Shown one piece after another: positions 1 to 11,104 of a stretch of DNA of 64,000 nucleotides. The stretch is from NCBI GenBank assembly GCA_963664015.2, contig CAXXLF010000002.1, positions 1,824,001 to 1,888,000 of the forward strand, read 5' to 3'. The notes beneath the pieces are model-generated. The model was not told the origin of the DNA and searched no databases. It saw only the letters and a list, made by a program, of their open reading frames with translations. Position 1 is the stretch's first letter; each line of letters begins with the position of its first letter. The stretch is from Candidatus Binatia bacterium (GTDB lineage: Bacteria; Desulfobacterota; Binatia; UBA9968; CAXXLF01). The translations under genes and the position numbers were made by a program.

Positions 1-610
1 TAGGTTCGAGTATTTGCAAGATGCCCTGGCTTTCCTCGATCTTGAGGCGCAGGTTGGAAGCTACCAGGTCTGCCAGAACACCGGGATCACTCACGTTGTC
101 CGTAACCATGGTGATTTCGGGAGGAAGGCTTTTGAGGTTCAAGATCTGCTCGATTTTTTCCTTCACGTTCCGCATCAAGGCCTCGATCTCAATAGAGACC
201 TCCTGTATAACGGGCTCGATGACTTTGCGAATCGTGACCTCAAAAAAGGGATTCTCTTTTACGAAACTCTGGACCTGCCCTTTGGCCAATCCCTGGACCA
301 GTATCTTGACCCGGCCGTCGGCTAATTTCAGCATGCGCAGGATCGAGGCAACGGTTCCCACCTCGTAGATATCTTGCGGGAGAGGGTTGTCTTCGGACGA
401 GCTTTTCTGCGCAACGAGAAAGATCAAACGATCCCGCTCAAGGGACTCTTCGACGGCACGGATAGAGACATTACGTCCGACGAAAAGCGGCAACATCATG
501 TAAGGATAGATGACGATATCCCGGATGGGCAGGAGCGGAATGGTATCCGGAATTTCCGTGGGAGGATCTTTCCAGTCCTGATTGTCTAGAGGCTCTTCTA
601 TTTCGCTCAT
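1..610 (-). CDS. lon: Lon protease (endopeptidase La), N-terminal part; runs off the window edge
   Basis: Not in the ORF track. Manual minus-strand translation from ATG at 610: MSEIEEPLDNQDWKDPPTEIPDTIPLLPIRDIVIYPYMMLPLFVGRNVSIRAVEE...GTVASILRMLKLADGRVKILVQGL, the Lon N-domain. RBS AAGGGG upstream. Confidence 0.93.
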   Translation of the reverse strand, partial: MSEIEEPLDNQDWKDPPTEIPDTIPLLPIRDIVIYPYMMLPLFVGRNVSIRAVEESLERDRLIFLVAQKSSSEDNPLPQDIYEVGTVASILRMLKLADGRVKILVQGLAKGQVQSFVKENPFFEVTIRKVIEPVIQEVSIEIEALMRNVKEKIEQILNLKSLPPEITMVTDNVSDPGVLADLVASNLRLKIEESQGILQILEP

Positions 611-722
611 ATTTCCCCTTCAAACACTTTAACCTGCACCTGCAATCCCGTCAAGAAAATATCTCATTGAGTACGATCGGGATAACCGACGAAAGTCCGA
701 TCGTGGGGCTAGGCAGAGAGTT

Positions 723-1838
723 TTAGCCAAAAATTTGCTTAACTTTATCGAAGAATCCTTTGGCGAGAGGATTGATGTTTTCCCCCCCCGCGGTGTCGAA
801 TTCTTTCAGCAGTTCCTTTTGCTTCGCCGTAAGGTGCGTGGGCGTTTCTACAATGACCCTTACATGCTGGTCTCCCTGATGATAACTGTGAACGTCCTTG
901 ACGCCTTTACCCTTGAGTCGAAAGATTTTTCCCGACTGGGTCCCCGCGGGGATCTTCAATCTGACTTTCCCTTCGAGGGTGGGAACTTGAATCTCAGCGC
1001 CTAGTGCTGCCTGGTGGAACCTGATCGGTACTTCGCAGATGATCTCCGACCCTTCGCGAATAAAGATTGGATGATCGCGAACCTGGATAGCGACATAGAG
1101 GTCCCCGGAAGGCCCACTCGACGCGCCGCTTTCTCCTTTGCCCCTTAACTTGAGGAGCGATCCGGTATCGACCCCGGCCGGAATTTTGATTTCTAGAGTG
1201 TGTAACTGCCGGACCCTTCCCGAGCCAGAACACGTCCCACATGGGTCTGGTATGATCGTTCCACGGCCCTGGCATTGGCCGCAGGTCCTTGCGACACTGA
1301 AAAAACTTTGCTGGAAATTGACCTGCCCCCGGCCGCGGCAAGTCGTGCAAGTTCGGGGTGGGGATCCGGACTTGGCACCGCTCCCGCTACACGTCTCGCA
1401 GTTGCCGTGACGAGGGACCTTGATTTTCTTCTCGGTCCCGAAGGCGGCCTCCTCAAAGTTGATATCCAGATTGTAGCGTAGGTCCTCGCCCCGTTGGGCC
1501 CGCGTGCGGTGACGTCCGGTAGTCCCGCCGAATAGATCTCCGAAAACGTCTCCGAATACATCTTCAAAGCCGGAGGTGAAATCGAAACCAGTACCGAAGG
1601 GACTCCTGCCGTCAAAGGCCGCATGGCCGTACTGATCGTATTGTGCCTTCTTTTCGGGATCCGTTAGGACTTGGTAAGCCTCCGAGACCTCCTTAAAATT
1701 ATCCTCGGACTGCTTATCACCAGGATTACGGTCCGGGTGGTACTTTAAGGCAAGTTTGCGGTAGGCCTTTTTGAGTTGTTCTTCGCTGGCGTCACGTCCT
1801 ATCCCTAAAAGCTCGTAGTAGTCCTTTTTACCGTTCAA
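723..1838 (-). CDS. dnaJ: Chaperone DnaJ
   Basis: J-domain with HPD, G/F-rich region, four CxxCxGxG repeats. Confidence 0.98.
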   Translation of the reverse strand: MNGKKDYYELLGIGRDASEEQLKKAYRKLALKYHPDRNPGDKQSEDNFKEVSEAYQVLTDPEKKAQYDQYGHAAFDGRSPFGTGFDFTSGFEDVFGDVFGDLFGGTTGRHRTRAQRGEDLRYNLDINFEEAAFGTEKKIKVPRHGNCETCSGSGAKSGSPPRTCTTCRGRGQVNFQQSFFSVARTCGQCQGRGTIIPDPCGTCSGSGRVRQLHTLEIKIPAGVDTGSLLKLRGKGESGASSGPSGDLYVAIQVRDHPIFIREGSEIICEVPIRFHQAALGAEIQVPTLEGKVRLKIPAGTQSGKIFRLKGKGVKDVHSYHQGDQHVRVIVETPTHLTAKQKELLKEFDTAGGENINPLAKGFFDKVKQIFG

Positions 1839-1876
1839 TGATCGAATCCTCTCATAGGGTCATATCTAACAAAAAG

Positions 1877-2013
1877 ATTCCGCTGAAAAACCTCTTATTC
1901 ACGAAATTTCGGGATGACAAAAATAATTAACCAAGCTCCGATCGTGCGTTATCGTAGGTTTGTGAGCGAAATGTTTTTTCCTGATTATTGAAATAGGACT
2001 TTTTCAGCAGAAT
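1877..2013. mobile_element. MITE-like non-autonomous element with imperfect terminal inverted repeats
   Basis: Left ATTCCGCTGAAAAACCTCTTATTCA versus reverse complement of right end ATTCTGCTGAAAAAGTCCTATTTCAA. No coding capacity. Confidence 0.55.
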
Positions 2014-2016
2014 TAT

Positions 2017-2057
2017 AAAAAAGCCCCTATCCTGAAATACGGGGGAGTAGGGGCTTT
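2017..2057 (-). terminator. Rho-independent terminator after dnaK
   Basis: Stem AAAGCCCCTA...TAGGGGCTTT followed by a T-run on the minus strand. Confidence 0.7.
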
Positions 2058-2089
2058 GAACTTTACATGACGGTGGCTGACTGTCCTCT

Positions 2090-4003
2090 CTAGTCCTTCA
2101 CCTCCTCGAAATCGGCGTCCACAACGTCCTCCTTCTTCCCCTGTGGGCCTTCCTGCGTGCCGGGACCTTCCTGCCCTCCGGGTGGGGGTTGCTGTTGCGA
2201 GGCCTTGGCATACATGGCTTCCGCAAGCTTGTGGGAGGAGCGTTCCAGCTCCTCGGCGGCAGAGCGAATGGTTGCGAGATCCTGACCCTCAAGGGCCTTC
2301 TTTGCCTTTTCCAATGCGCTATCGATCTCCGCCTTGACCGCGGGGTCCAAGTCGGCGCCGTAATCGGTCACGGACTTATCTGTGTTGTAGATCAACGAGT
2401 CCAAATGATTTCTGGCCTCCACGGTCTCTTTATGTTCCTTGTCCTCTGCCGCATGGGCTTCAGCGTCTTTGACCATTTGGTTGATCTCATCCTCGCTGAG
2501 GCCGCTGGAAGCCGTGATGCGGATCGATTGTTCTTTATTAGTTCCAAGGTCCTTGGCGTTGACGTGTACGATGCCGTTAGCGTCAATGTCAAATGTGACC
2601 TCAACCTGTGGAACTCCTCGCGGCGCCGGCGGGAGGCCGATCAGATCGAACTGGCCGAGCAGCTTGTTATAAGTCGCCATCTCACGCTCGCCCTGATGAA
2701 CACGAATCGTCACCGCTGTCTGGCTGTCTGCAGCAGTTGAAAAAACCTGGCTCTTCTTGGTAGGAATAGTGGTATTTTTCTCAATCAACTTGGTGAAAAC
2801 GCCTCCCAGGGTTTCAATCCCGAGAGATAGCGGTGTCACGTCCAATAGCAAAACATCCTTGACCTCCCCCGTAAGAACCGCCGCTTGAATTGCCGCGCCT
2901 ACCGCGACCACCTCGTCCGGGTTCACACCTCTATGGGGCTCCTTGCCAAAGATCTTTTGGACTCGCTCTTGAACTGCAGGCATGCGGGTCATCCCGCCAA
3001 CCAGAATCACTTCATCAATGTCACCGGTGCTCAAGCCCGCGTCCTCGAGGGCCTGGCGGCAGGGGCCTTCGGTTCTGTTGATCAGGTCCGAGCAAAGGGC
3101 CTCCAGCTTGGAGCGCGAAAGCTTAATGTTCAAGTGCTTAGGGCCACTTTGGTCCGCCGTAATAAAGGGCAAGTTGATATCGGTTTCCATGGTTGTGGAA
3201 AGCTCGCACTTGGCCTTTTCAGCGCCTTCTTTCAACCGCTGCAATGCCATACGATCCTTACGCAAATCAATGCCTTGATCTTTTTTAAACTCGTCGGCTA
3301 GATATTCGATAATCTTTTCATCAAAGTCTTCACCGCCTAGAAAGGTATCTCCGTTGGTTGCCTTGACTTCGAAAACGCTGTCACCCAGTTCCAGGATGGA
3401 AATATCAAAGGTCCCTCCGCCGAGATCAAAGACGGCGACTTTTTCGTCCTTCTTCTTGTCCAGTCCGTAAGCCAGGGAGGCGGCCGTAGGCTCATTTATG
3501 ATTCGTAAAAGGTTTAGCCCGGCAATCTTACAGGCGTCCTTGGTGGCTTGCCTTTGGCTGTCACTAAAGTACGCGGGTACGGTGACCACAGCTTCAGTAA
3601 CTTTTTCCCCCAGGTAATCCTCAGCCGTTTGCTTCATCTTCTGTAGTATAAAGGCTGAGACTTCGGCCGGGCTGTACTGTTTTCCCCTGATCTCGACCCA
3701 GGCATCGCCGTTGTCTGAGCGGACAATTTTGTAGGGGAGAATCTTCATGGCCTTTTGGACCAGGGGATCTTCAAATCGCCTTCCAATCAATCTCTTAACC
3801 GAATAGATGGTGTTTTCCGGATTGGTGATCGCTTGCCTCTTGGCAATCTGGCCAACCAAGCGCTCGCCGCTGTCGGAAAAGGCTGCTACCGATGGGGTGG
3901 TACGGGTTCCCTCGGCATTGGCAAGAACGTTAGGATCACCGCCCTCCATTAATGCCACGCACGAGTTAGTTGTCCCCAGATCAATGCCTATCACTTTTGC
4001 CAT
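2090..4003 (-). CDS. dnaK: Chaperone DnaK (Hsp70)
   Basis: [17 protein letters not shown] and NPDEVVA motifs; C-terminal DADFEEV. Confidence 0.99.
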   Translation of the reverse strand: MAKVIGIDLGTTNSCVALMEGGDPNVLANAEGTRTTPSVAAFSDSGERLVGQIAKRQAITNPENTIYSVKRLIGRRFEDPLVQKAMKILPYKIVRSDNGDAWVEIRGKQYSPAEVSAFILQKMKQTAEDYLGEKVTEAVVTVPAYFSDSQRQATKDACKIAGLNLLRIINEPTAASLAYGLDKKKDEKVAVFDLGGGTFDISILELGDSVFEVKATNGDTFLGGEDFDEKIIEYLADEFKKDQGIDLRKDRMALQRLKEGAEKAKCELSTTMETDINLPFITADQSGPKHLNIKLSRSKLEALCSDLINRTEGPCRQALEDAGLSTGDIDEVILVGGMTRMPAVQERVQKIFGKEPHRGVNPDEVVAVGAAIQAAVLTGEVKDVLLLDVTPLSLGIETLGGVFTKLIEKNTTIPTKKSQVFSTAADSQTAVTIRVHQGEREMATYNKLLGQFDLIGLPPAPRGVPQVEVTFDIDANGIVHVNAKDLGTNKEQSIRITASSGLSEDEINQMVKDAEAHAAEDKEHKETVEARNHLDSLIYNTDKSVTDYGADLDPAVKAEIDSALEKAKKALEGQDLATIRSAAEELERSSHKLAEAMYAKASQQQPPPGGQEGPGTQEGPQGKKEDVVDADFEEVKD

Positions 4004-4053
4004 GTTTTGCTCTCCTAAGAAGAAAAAGACTGCGGTGCAGTCACAAGGTTTAT

Positions 4054-4677
4054 TTAATCATCCCCCGAGCCGTTTTCAACCTTTTCCCGGTCGCTAACTT
4101 CTTCCTTTGTTTCTAGCAGCTTAGCGACGCTAACCAGCGCAGGGCGAAGGAGCCGGTCGACCATGGTATAGCCTTTATGCAGTTCGTCGACCACGGTATT
4201 GGGTTCGTGGTCTTTACTTTCCACCTGAGCAAAAGCCTCATGCTTTTGCGGGTCAAAGCGCTCCCCGATGGCACCGATCTGCTTGACCCCATGCTTTTCG
4301 AGGACTTCGAGAAAGCCTTTAAGAACCAGTTCAATTCCCTCCAGGATCGATTTTCCGTTGCCTTCTCCTTGGGCATGATCAACGGCCCTTTCCAGGTTAT
4401 CCAGAACCGGAAGCAGGTCTTTGACGAGAGTTTCATTGCTGAAGCGGATAGCCTCTGTCTTCTCCCGCACAGTCCGCTTCTTGAAATTCTCCGTTTCCGC
4501 GACGTTACGCAGATACAGTTCGTAATTTTTTTTGACCTCGGCGTCCTTAGCGTCGAGGCTCTGGCGCAGCTTTTCCAATTCTGATTGAAGGGGATCCTCG
4601 GTCGATGCGTTTTCGACACTGGATGCCTCTTCGTCCTCTACAGGCTGCTCGGTGGCTTTGGGTTCTTTCTCGTCCAT
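4054..4677 (-). CDS. grpE: Nucleotide exchange factor GrpE
   Basis: [31 protein letters not shown]...[10 protein letters not shown]; directly upstream of dnaK. Confidence 0.97.
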   Translation of the reverse strand: MDEKEPKATEQPVEDEEASSVENASTEDPLQSELEKLRQSLDAKDAEVKKNYELYLRNVAETENFKKRTVREKTEAIRFSNETLVKDLLPVLDNLERAVDHAQGEGNGKSILEGIELVLKGFLEVLEKHGVKQIGAIGERFDPQKHEAFAQVESKDHEPNTVVDELHKGYTMVDRLLRPALVSVAKLLETKEEVSDREKVENGSGDD

Positions 4678-4713
4678 CTTGCGTTTATGTCTTTAAGTAC
4701 CAAATTAGGCATT

Positions 4714-4742
4714 ATTTAATCATCATATTCCTGCTTGTCAAG
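4714..4742 (-). promoter_or_regulatory. Putative promoter of grpE-dnaK
   Basis: Minus strand TTGACA-17 bp-TAAATA. Confidence 0.5.
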
Positions 4743-4834
4743 GTAAAGCGTCAGCTAGAACCTCTTGATTTTACGGAGAGTTTGCGCCATTCTGCAGGAA
4801 ATGTTATAAGGATAGAGGAGGCGATGGTTAAGAC

Positions 4835-5644
4835 ATGCCCGTGCTCTCAGTGAGTCCCGCAATAGTGTTACGGGCCAGGTCCTTCGGAGAATCCGACAAG
4901 ATAGTCTCTCTTCTCTCACGAGATTTCGGTAAGGTTACGGGAATTGCTAAGGGCGCGAAGCGGTCGCGCAAGAGGTTCGTCAACACCCTGGAGCCGTTCT
5001 CACTGGTGACCCTTCGCTTCCAAGAGCGCTCGCAGAGTTCTCTTGTTTTTATTCAAGCCTGCGACTGGCTGCAGGTCTTTAAAAATCTAACCACTGACTT
5101 GCAGCGTATCACCATGGCTTCGTATATGATTGAGATCACCGATGAACTCATAAGGGAGCGCGAAGAAAGCCGCGCGGTTTTTGAACATCTAAAACAGGGG
5201 CTGATATTTCTCGAAGAACAGGGCTCGTCACCGGTGTTTTTGGTCTTTTTTGAAATGCAGCTCCTCAGGCTCTCAGGTTATCAGCCTATGCTCGAGTGCT
5301 GTCGTAGATGCGGCAAGAAGAGACCAGAAGTGGGGGCGCCGTTCCAGGTCAAAGAACCGGAAGATGCCGGCACCTACCGGTCCCTGTGGTCTTTTAGTCC
5401 ACGGGATGGGGGGATTTTGTGCCGCTCCTGCCTCCCCTTTCGCAGAGAGACCTTACCTCTGTCACTGGAATCTATCCACGCGTTGGCTCGACTCCAGGAA
5501 GAGGAGCAAAACTTTTCCAGCCTTCCCAAGCTGTCGCCCTTGGCTCTCAAAGAAACTCGGTTCATCCTGCCCCGTTTTATTCAGTTCCAAATCAACAAAG
5601 AGTTAAAATCAGCACGGTTTTTAGAGTCTTTCTGTGCGTTCTGA
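4835..5644 (+). CDS. recO: DNA repair protein RecO
   Basis: AIVLR...GESDKIVSLLS...GIAKGAKRSRKRF...LEPF; zinc-finger cysteines in the C-terminal domain. Confidence 0.95.
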   Translation: MPVLSVSPAIVLRARSFGESDKIVSLLSRDFGKVTGIAKGAKRSRKRFVNTLEPFSLVTLRFQERSQSSLVFIQACDWLQVFKNLTTDLQRITMASYMIEITDELIREREESRAVFEHLKQGLIFLEEQGSSPVFLVFFEMQLLRLSGYQPMLECCRRCGKKRPEVGAPFQVKEPEDAGTYRSLWSFSPRDGGILCRSCLPFRRETLPLSLESIHALARLQEEEQNFSSLPKLSPLALKETRFILPRFIQFQINKELKSARFLESFCAF

Positions 5645-5731
5645 TGTTATGGTCGATGCTTCACAGAAATCCGGATCAGTTAATGATTGTCATGGAGGCG
5701 CTTCCGATGGCCAATAGGCGAGGTCTGTTTC

Positions 5732-7060
5732 ATGAACTCTAAGGCCAGCATGGAAAAGGTGGTCAACCTCTGCAAACGTAGGGGGTTTATCTTTCCTTCC
5801 AGTGAAATCTACGGTGGTCTGGGGAGTTGTTGGGATTATGGGCCCTTGGGAGCCGACCTTAAGAGGAACATCAAAGACGCCTGGTGGAAGGCCGTCGTGA
5901 CCTCACGGGAAGATGTGGTCGGCATGGACAGCGCCATCCTCATGCATCCCCGTGTTTGGGAGGCATCGGGTCACCTGACCGGGTTTTCCGATCCCTTGGT
6001 AGAATGCAAGTCCTGCCACCAGCGTTTTCGGGAAGACCACATCGAAGGGACTAACTGCCCGGCCTGCGGATCTGAACTCACGCCGCCCCGTCAATTCAAC
6101 TTGATGTTCAAGACTTTTATGGGCCCCGTTGAGGATTCGGCCAATACGGTCTATCTGCGTCCCGAGACGGCTCAGGGTATCTTTGTCAACTTTGCCAACG
6201 TCGTTCAGACCTCAAGGCAGAAACTCCCCTTTGGGATTGCGCAGATCGGAAAGAGCTTTCGTAATGAGATCACACCGGGGAACTTTATCTTTCGGACCCG
6301 TGAGTTTGAGCAGATGGAAATTGAGTTCTTTGCCAAAGAGGGCGACGACGACCGATGGTTCGAGTACTGGCAGGGAGAACGATTCCATTGGTACCAGGAC
6401 AATGGTATCCGAAAGGACAACTTGCGGATCCGCGTCCACGAAAGCGACGAGCTCGCCCATTATGCTAAAGGGTGCGTTGACATTGAATATGAGTTCCCCT
6501 TTGGATGGTCGGAACTCGAAGGGGTGGCCAACCGTTCCAGCTTTGACCTGAACAAGCACATAGAGTTTAGCGGCAAAGACCTTTCCTTCTACGAGGAGGA
6601 ATCCAAGAGCCGCATCGTTCCTTTCGTCATCGAGCCCTCTGCCGGCGTGGACCGCTCGCTGTTGGCCTTTCTGGTCGATGCCTATGATGAGGATGAAGCG
6701 GAAGGGGAAAAGAGAATTGTCTTACGGTTACATCCGAAACTGGCACCGATTAAAGCCGGTATCTTCCCCTTGTTACGCAAAGATGGGCAGCCGGAAAAGG
6801 CCCAAGAGGTCAGAGATCGCCTCAAGCATCACTTTTCGGTTGCTTACGATCAAGCGGGGTCCATTGGCCGTCGTTATCGTAGGCAAGACGAGGTTGGCAC
6901 GCCCTATGGTATCACCGTAGATCACCAGACGATGAAGGACGAGACGGTAACCTTGAGGGACCGGGACCTCATGACCCAGGTCCGAGTTCCGATAGCCGGT
7001 ATCGTGGAGGAGATAAGAAACCGCGTGGATGGACCTGTTCGGGAGAGAAGCGATGGGTAG
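5732..7060 (+). CDS. glyQS: Glycine--tRNA ligase, homodimeric (alpha2) type
   Basis: KRRGFIFPSSEIYGG, LRPETAQGIF, FRTREFEQMEIE, IEPSAGVDR, GSIGRRYRRQDE. Start taken at ATG 5732. Confidence 0.97.
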   Translation: MNSKASMEKVVNLCKRRGFIFPSSEIYGGLGSCWDYGPLGADLKRNIKDAWWKAVVTSREDVVGMDSAILMHPRVWEASGHLTGFSDPLVECKSCHQRFREDHIEGTNCPACGSELTPPRQFNLMFKTFMGPVEDSANTVYLRPETAQGIFVNFANVVQTSRQKLPFGIAQIGKSFRNEITPGNFIFRTREFEQMEIEFFAKEGDDDRWFEYWQGERFHWYQDNGIRKDNLRIRVHESDELAHYAKGCVDIEYEFPFGWSELEGVANRSSFDLNKHIEFSGKDLSFYEEESKSRIVPFVIEPSAGVDRSLLAFLVDAYDEDEAEGEKRIVLRLHPKLAPIKAGIFPLLRKDGQPEKAQEVRDRLKHHFSVAYDQAGSIGRRYRRQDEVGTPYGITVDHQTMKDETVTLRDRDLMTQVRVPIAGIVEEIRNRVDGPVRERSDG

Positions 7061-9773
7061 GGTGAAAAAGAGGGTATACCTGTTTGGCGGGGGTAAGGCC
7101 GATGGTAAGGCGAGCATGCGCGAAATCCTTGGGGGCAAGGGGGCCGGACTTCACGAGATGACTCGCATGGGAGTCCCGGTGCCTGCCGGCTTTACCATCG
7201 GAACAAACGTGTGCGTTGCTTTTCAAGGGCAACGAGGCTGCTATCCGAAAGGACTGGACAAGGAAGTTACTGAAGCGCTGCTTCGCGTCGAAAGGCACAT
7301 GGAAAAACGTTTCGGGGACTCCACCCATCCACTGTTGGTCTCCGTTCGCTCGGGGGCGCGGGAGTCGATGCCAGGGATGATGGACACGGTGTTGAACCTG
7401 GGCCTCAACGATCAAACAGTCCAGGGGCTCATTGCCCGAACGCGGAATCCCCGATTCGCTTATGATTCGTACCGCCGTTTTGTCCAGATGTACGGTGATG
7501 TGGTGATGGGTCTAAAATCAACCCAAAAAGACGAGCGGGATCCCTTTGAAGTTATTCTCCAAGCCATGAAAGAAAAGCGTGGGGTCCGCTTCGACACCGA
7601 GCTGACGGCAGCAGACTTGCAGGAACTCGTTGCCGAATTTAAGGCTGAGATCAAGAGTAGACTCAACCAGGACTTTCCCGAGGATCCTTATGTGCAGTTA
7701 TGGGGGGCCATCGGGGCCGTCTTTGGCTCCTGGAACAACGACCGCGCCATTGCCTACAGAGACCTTTACCATATTCCCCACTCCTGGGGCACGGCAGTGA
7801 ACGTGCAGGCCATGGTCTTTGGCAACCTGGGCGAGCGATGCGCTACGGGGGTGGCCTTCACACGCAATCCAGCAACCGGTGAGAAACAACTCTACGGCGA
7901 GTTTCTGGTCAATGCTCAAGGCGAAGATGTAGTTGCCGGCATTCGTACCCCGAGGCCCATTGCCGAGTTAAAAGAAGTCATGCCGAAGGGCTACAGTCAG
8001 TTGGTGCGCTTGTGCAAAGTTCTGGAGAAGCGCTATCAGGAAATGCAGGACATCGAATTCACCATCGAGAATAACAAGCTCTGGACGCTTCAGACCCGAA
8101 CGGCGAAGCGGACAGGCTTTGCTGCGGTTCGGATTGCGGTGGATATGGTTGGGGAAGGCATCATTTCCAAGCATCAGGCGCTACTGCGCATCGAACCGGC
8201 CCAACTGAACCAGCTTCTACGACCCATTTTCGATCACGAGGCTAAGGAAAAAGCCGCCCGCGAGGGGCAAATCGTGGCAAAAGGGCTTCCCGCCGGTCCG
8301 GGAGCGGCCTCGGGACGGTTGGTATTCAATGCGGAGGATGCCCAGGAATGGAAGAAACGGGGCGAGAAGGTCATTCTCTTCCGTGTTGAGACCAGCCCGG
8401 AGGATATTCGCGGCTTTGAGGCAGCTCAGGCTATCGTTACGGCCCGGGGAGGGATGACCTCTCACGCGGCCCTGGTGGCGCGCCAGATGGGAAAGGTCTG
8501 CGTGGTTGGGTGCGTGACATTGAACGTGGATCTTGTCTCCCGCGAGATAAAGGTTGGAGAGACACGGCTTCGTGAAGGCGATTGGGTTTCCGTAGATGGT
8601 AGCGCGGGGGAAGTGATCCGAGGCGAGCTGGACACGCTCCCGTCGGAGATCGCCAGAGTCCTGATCGATCAAAGTCTGGATCCCAAGGCGAGTCGCGTCT
8701 TCCAGCAATTTTCCAAGCTCATGAAATGGGCCGATGAGGTGCGCCGGCTTGGAGTTAGGACGAACGCAGATCAGCCGAACCAGGCAGCAGTCGCCAAGGC
8801 ATTTGGCGCTGAAGGAATAGGACTGTGCCGTACGGAACACATGTTCTTTGCCGGTGATCGTATCAATTCGGTGCGTGAGATGATCCTGGCACCTGACGAG
8901 GGGGGGCGGCAAAGAGCGTTAGAAAAACTCTTGCCCATGCAAAAAGAGGACTTCAAAGGGATCCTTAGTGTCATGGGGAAGCTTCCGGTTACAGTACGGA
9001 CCCTTGATCCACCGCTCCACGAGTTTCTACCGAAGACCGATGAGGAAGTTGAAGAGCTTGCTCGGTCCATTTCGGTTCCGGCGGCAGTACTCCATAAAAA
9101 GATAGCGGCTCTTCACGAGGTCAACCCCATGCTCGGCCACAGGGGCTGCCGACTGGGTATCTCGTTCCCGGAGATCACGGAGATGCAGGTAAGGGCCCTG
9201 TTTCAAGCGGCCTGCGAACTGCGCCAGGAAGGAAAGGACCCCTTCCCCGAGGTGATGATTCCACTGGTAGGCAGCCAGGAGGAACTCATTTCGCAGCGAG
9301 ATATTGTCGAACACATAGCCCAAGAGACCATGAAGAGCTATGGTGTGAAGGTCCGCTACCTGATCGGAACCATGATTGAACTCCCCCGCGCCTGTGTCGT
9401 AGCCGATCGTATCGCTCAGGTCGCAGAGTTTTTTTCCTTTGGAACCAATGACTTAACCCAGACTACCCTGGGAATTTCCAGAGACGATGCAGGCAAATTC
9501 CTACCCTACTACTTGGAACACGGCATCATGGCGCAAAATCCCTTCATTAGCATTGATCGGGAGGGGGTTGGAGCGCTCATGCGGATCGCTATTGAAAATG
9601 GGCGTAAGTCTCGAAAAACACTAGAGTTAGGTCTTTGTGGTGAACATGGAGGGGACCCCAGCTCCGTCACCTTCTGTCATGAAATAGGTCTGGACTATGT
9701 GAGTTGCTCGCCCTATCGTATTCCAATCGCTAAATTGGCTGCTGCTCAGGCTGCACTGCCCAAAAAGAACTGA
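7053..9773 (+). CDS. ppdK: Pyruvate, phosphate dikinase
   Basis: LGGKGAGL, VSVRSGAR.SMPGMMDT, GGMTSHAA phospho-His motif, GLCRTEHMF, FGTNDLTQ. Confidence 0.98.
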   Translation: MGRVKKRVYLFGGGKADGKASMREILGGKGAGLHEMTRMGVPVPAGFTIGTNVCVAFQGQRGCYPKGLDKEVTEALLRVERHMEKRFGDSTHPLLVSVRSGARESMPGMMDTVLNLGLNDQTVQGLIARTRNPRFAYDSYRRFVQMYGDVVMGLKSTQKDERDPFEVILQAMKEKRGVRFDTELTAADLQELVAEFKAEIKSRLNQDFPEDPYVQLWGAIGAVFGSWNNDRAIAYRDLYHIPHSWGTAVNVQAMVFGNLGERCATGVAFTRNPATGEKQLYGEFLVNAQGEDVVAGIRTPRPIAELKEVMPKGYSQLVRLCKVLEKRYQEMQDIEFTIENNKLWTLQTRTAKRTGFAAVRIAVDMVGEGIISKHQALLRIEPAQLNQLLRPIFDHEAKEKAAREGQIVAKGLPAGPGAASGRLVFNAEDAQEWKKRGEKVILFRVETSPEDIRGFEAAQAIVTARGGMTSHAALVARQMGKVCVVGCVTLNVDLVSREIKVGETRLREGDWVSVDGSAGEVIRGELDTLPSEIARVLIDQSLDPKASRVFQQFSKLMKWADEVRRLGVRTNADQPNQAAVAKAFGAEGIGLCRTEHMFFAGDRINSVREMILAPDEGGRQRALEKLLPMQKEDFKGILSVMGKLPVTVRTLDPPLHEFLPKTDEEVEELARSISVPAAVLHKKIAALHEVNPMLGHRGCRLGISFPEITEMQVRALFQAACELRQEGKDPFPEVMIPLVGSQEELISQRDIVEHIAQETMKSYGVKVRYLIGTMIELPRACVVADRIAQVAEFFSFGTNDLTQTTLGISRDDAGKFLPYYLEHGIMAQNPFISIDREGVGALMRIAIENGRKSRKTLELGLCGEHGGDPSSVTFCHEIGLDYVSCSPYRIPIAKLAAAQAALPKKN

Positions 9774-9968
9774 TACTTCGGCTACCTACTCTCATCTGCC
9801 AAATGATCTGACTAAAATCCGTTGCCGAATAACGGCAACAGACCGGCCCCATTACGCACTGAAAATTCAAATTTGGAGTAAACACAACAACTTAGAATTT
9901 ACACAAAAGGGGCAATTCTAGGTTAATTAATATGTAATTTCGGTAATTTTTCGAGCCCAAAAAAAAAG

Positions 9969-10220
9969 GAAATTCTGGTCCGTGGTGGGATCATTAGCCG
10001 CTAACAGTTCAACGAGGGGCTGAACGGTTATAAGAAAAACGGTTCGAGCCTGTTTCAGGAGTTCGTTCGTCTCGGCTACACGAGCGAGGACCAGGTCACC
10101 GATCTTCTCGCCGATCAATTTGTTATCGAGAGGGTCGATGTCGAAGAAATCGATATCCACATTTCAGTTTTCAGCCTTGTCCCGCCCCAGTTCATCCAAA
10201 ATTGCCATTATTATCCGAAG
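9969..10220 (+). pseudogene. pilB: N-terminal remnant of type IV pilus assembly ATPase PilB (MshEN-like domain)
   Basis: Manual translation EILVRGGIISR*QFNEGLNGYKKNGSSLFQEFVRLGYTSEDQVTDLLADQFVIERVDVEEIDIHISVFSLVPPQFI, with in-frame TAA at 10002 and no ATPase domain following. Confidence 0.7.
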
Positions 10221-10567
10221 TACTTGGTTTCATTATGTTTTCTTAAAATTCTAATTGCTACACCAAACCCGTATTTTCACTGCCCAGATCACTTGTAGAA
10301 TATCTAACGAGAATTGTCAGTCCATCGTGATTCACGTTACCCGACGACTCTTTTGCAAGCGTCCTCGCTGACTTCAATATATTTCTGCGTCTGCTGAAGA
10401 GATGAATGCCGAGCAAGCGATTGCATGTCCCGAAGCGATGCACCGACGCTGCTGATTTTTCTGCTCCAGGGCGTGATTGCTGTTCGTCTCCCCGAATAAG
10501 AAGAGTGTTTTAATTTAGTTTATGGTACAATCACAAAAGTTATAGTTCGATAAGGAGGTTTATTTAA

Positions 10568-11089
10568 ATGATTCTTTTCCTACGAAATATTTTTCTGACA
10601 TTTTCCCTTATCGGGCTATTAACAAGTTGCTCTTCTTTCAGCTCTCGGCTGCAAGCCGATACAAAATTATTAATTGAATACGCATTATACGATTTTCCGT
10701 TCCCTCCAACTGCCTATATCATAGAAAAAGAAACGGTGATTTTAGGATCAGGTGAACGGTGGTCTGGAAAAGTGCGGTACCTTGATCAAAAAAGTCCTCC
10801 AGAGATTCTGAAGTATTATGACCAAGTCGTCACTGCTGCTGGCTGGGAAATGAAAGCATCTACTGTATCTGAACGTATTTTTCTCGTATTTCATAAAGAT
10901 TCTCGCGTTGCAACAGTAGAAATAAATCGAATGTCGTTTCTCGAAGGCATAAAACTCATTTCTCCGCGAACAACATCGGTAACCATATCTGTCAATTATG
11001 CAGATTCTATAGGAAAGATGAGATCATCCCAACCGTCGACCCTGAATAGATCTAAAAATTCCAGAAAGCCAAATACAAATAGGCAATAA
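10568..11089 (+). CDS. Hypothetical lipoprotein, AT-rich
   Basis: RBS AAGGAGG; signal peptide with lipobox LLTSC; lower GC than flanking genes. Confidence 0.8.
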   Translation: MILFLRNIFLTFSLIGLLTSCSSFSSRLQADTKLLIEYALYDFPFPPTAYIIEKETVILGSGERWSGKVRYLDQKSPPEILKYYDQVVTAAGWEMKASTVSERIFLVFHKDSRVATVEINRMSFLEGIKLISPRTTSVTISVNYADSIGKMRSSQPSTLNRSKNSRKPNTNRQ

Positions 11090-11104
11090 CGCCGTCGCAA
11101 CCGA

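Noticed and set aside
14-589. Plus-strand ORFs at the window start
   Set aside because: Antisense shadows of lon on the minus strand.
4678-4834. CIRCE/HrcA operator upstream of grpE-dnaK
   Set aside because: No TTAGCACTC-N9-GAGTGCTAA match found.
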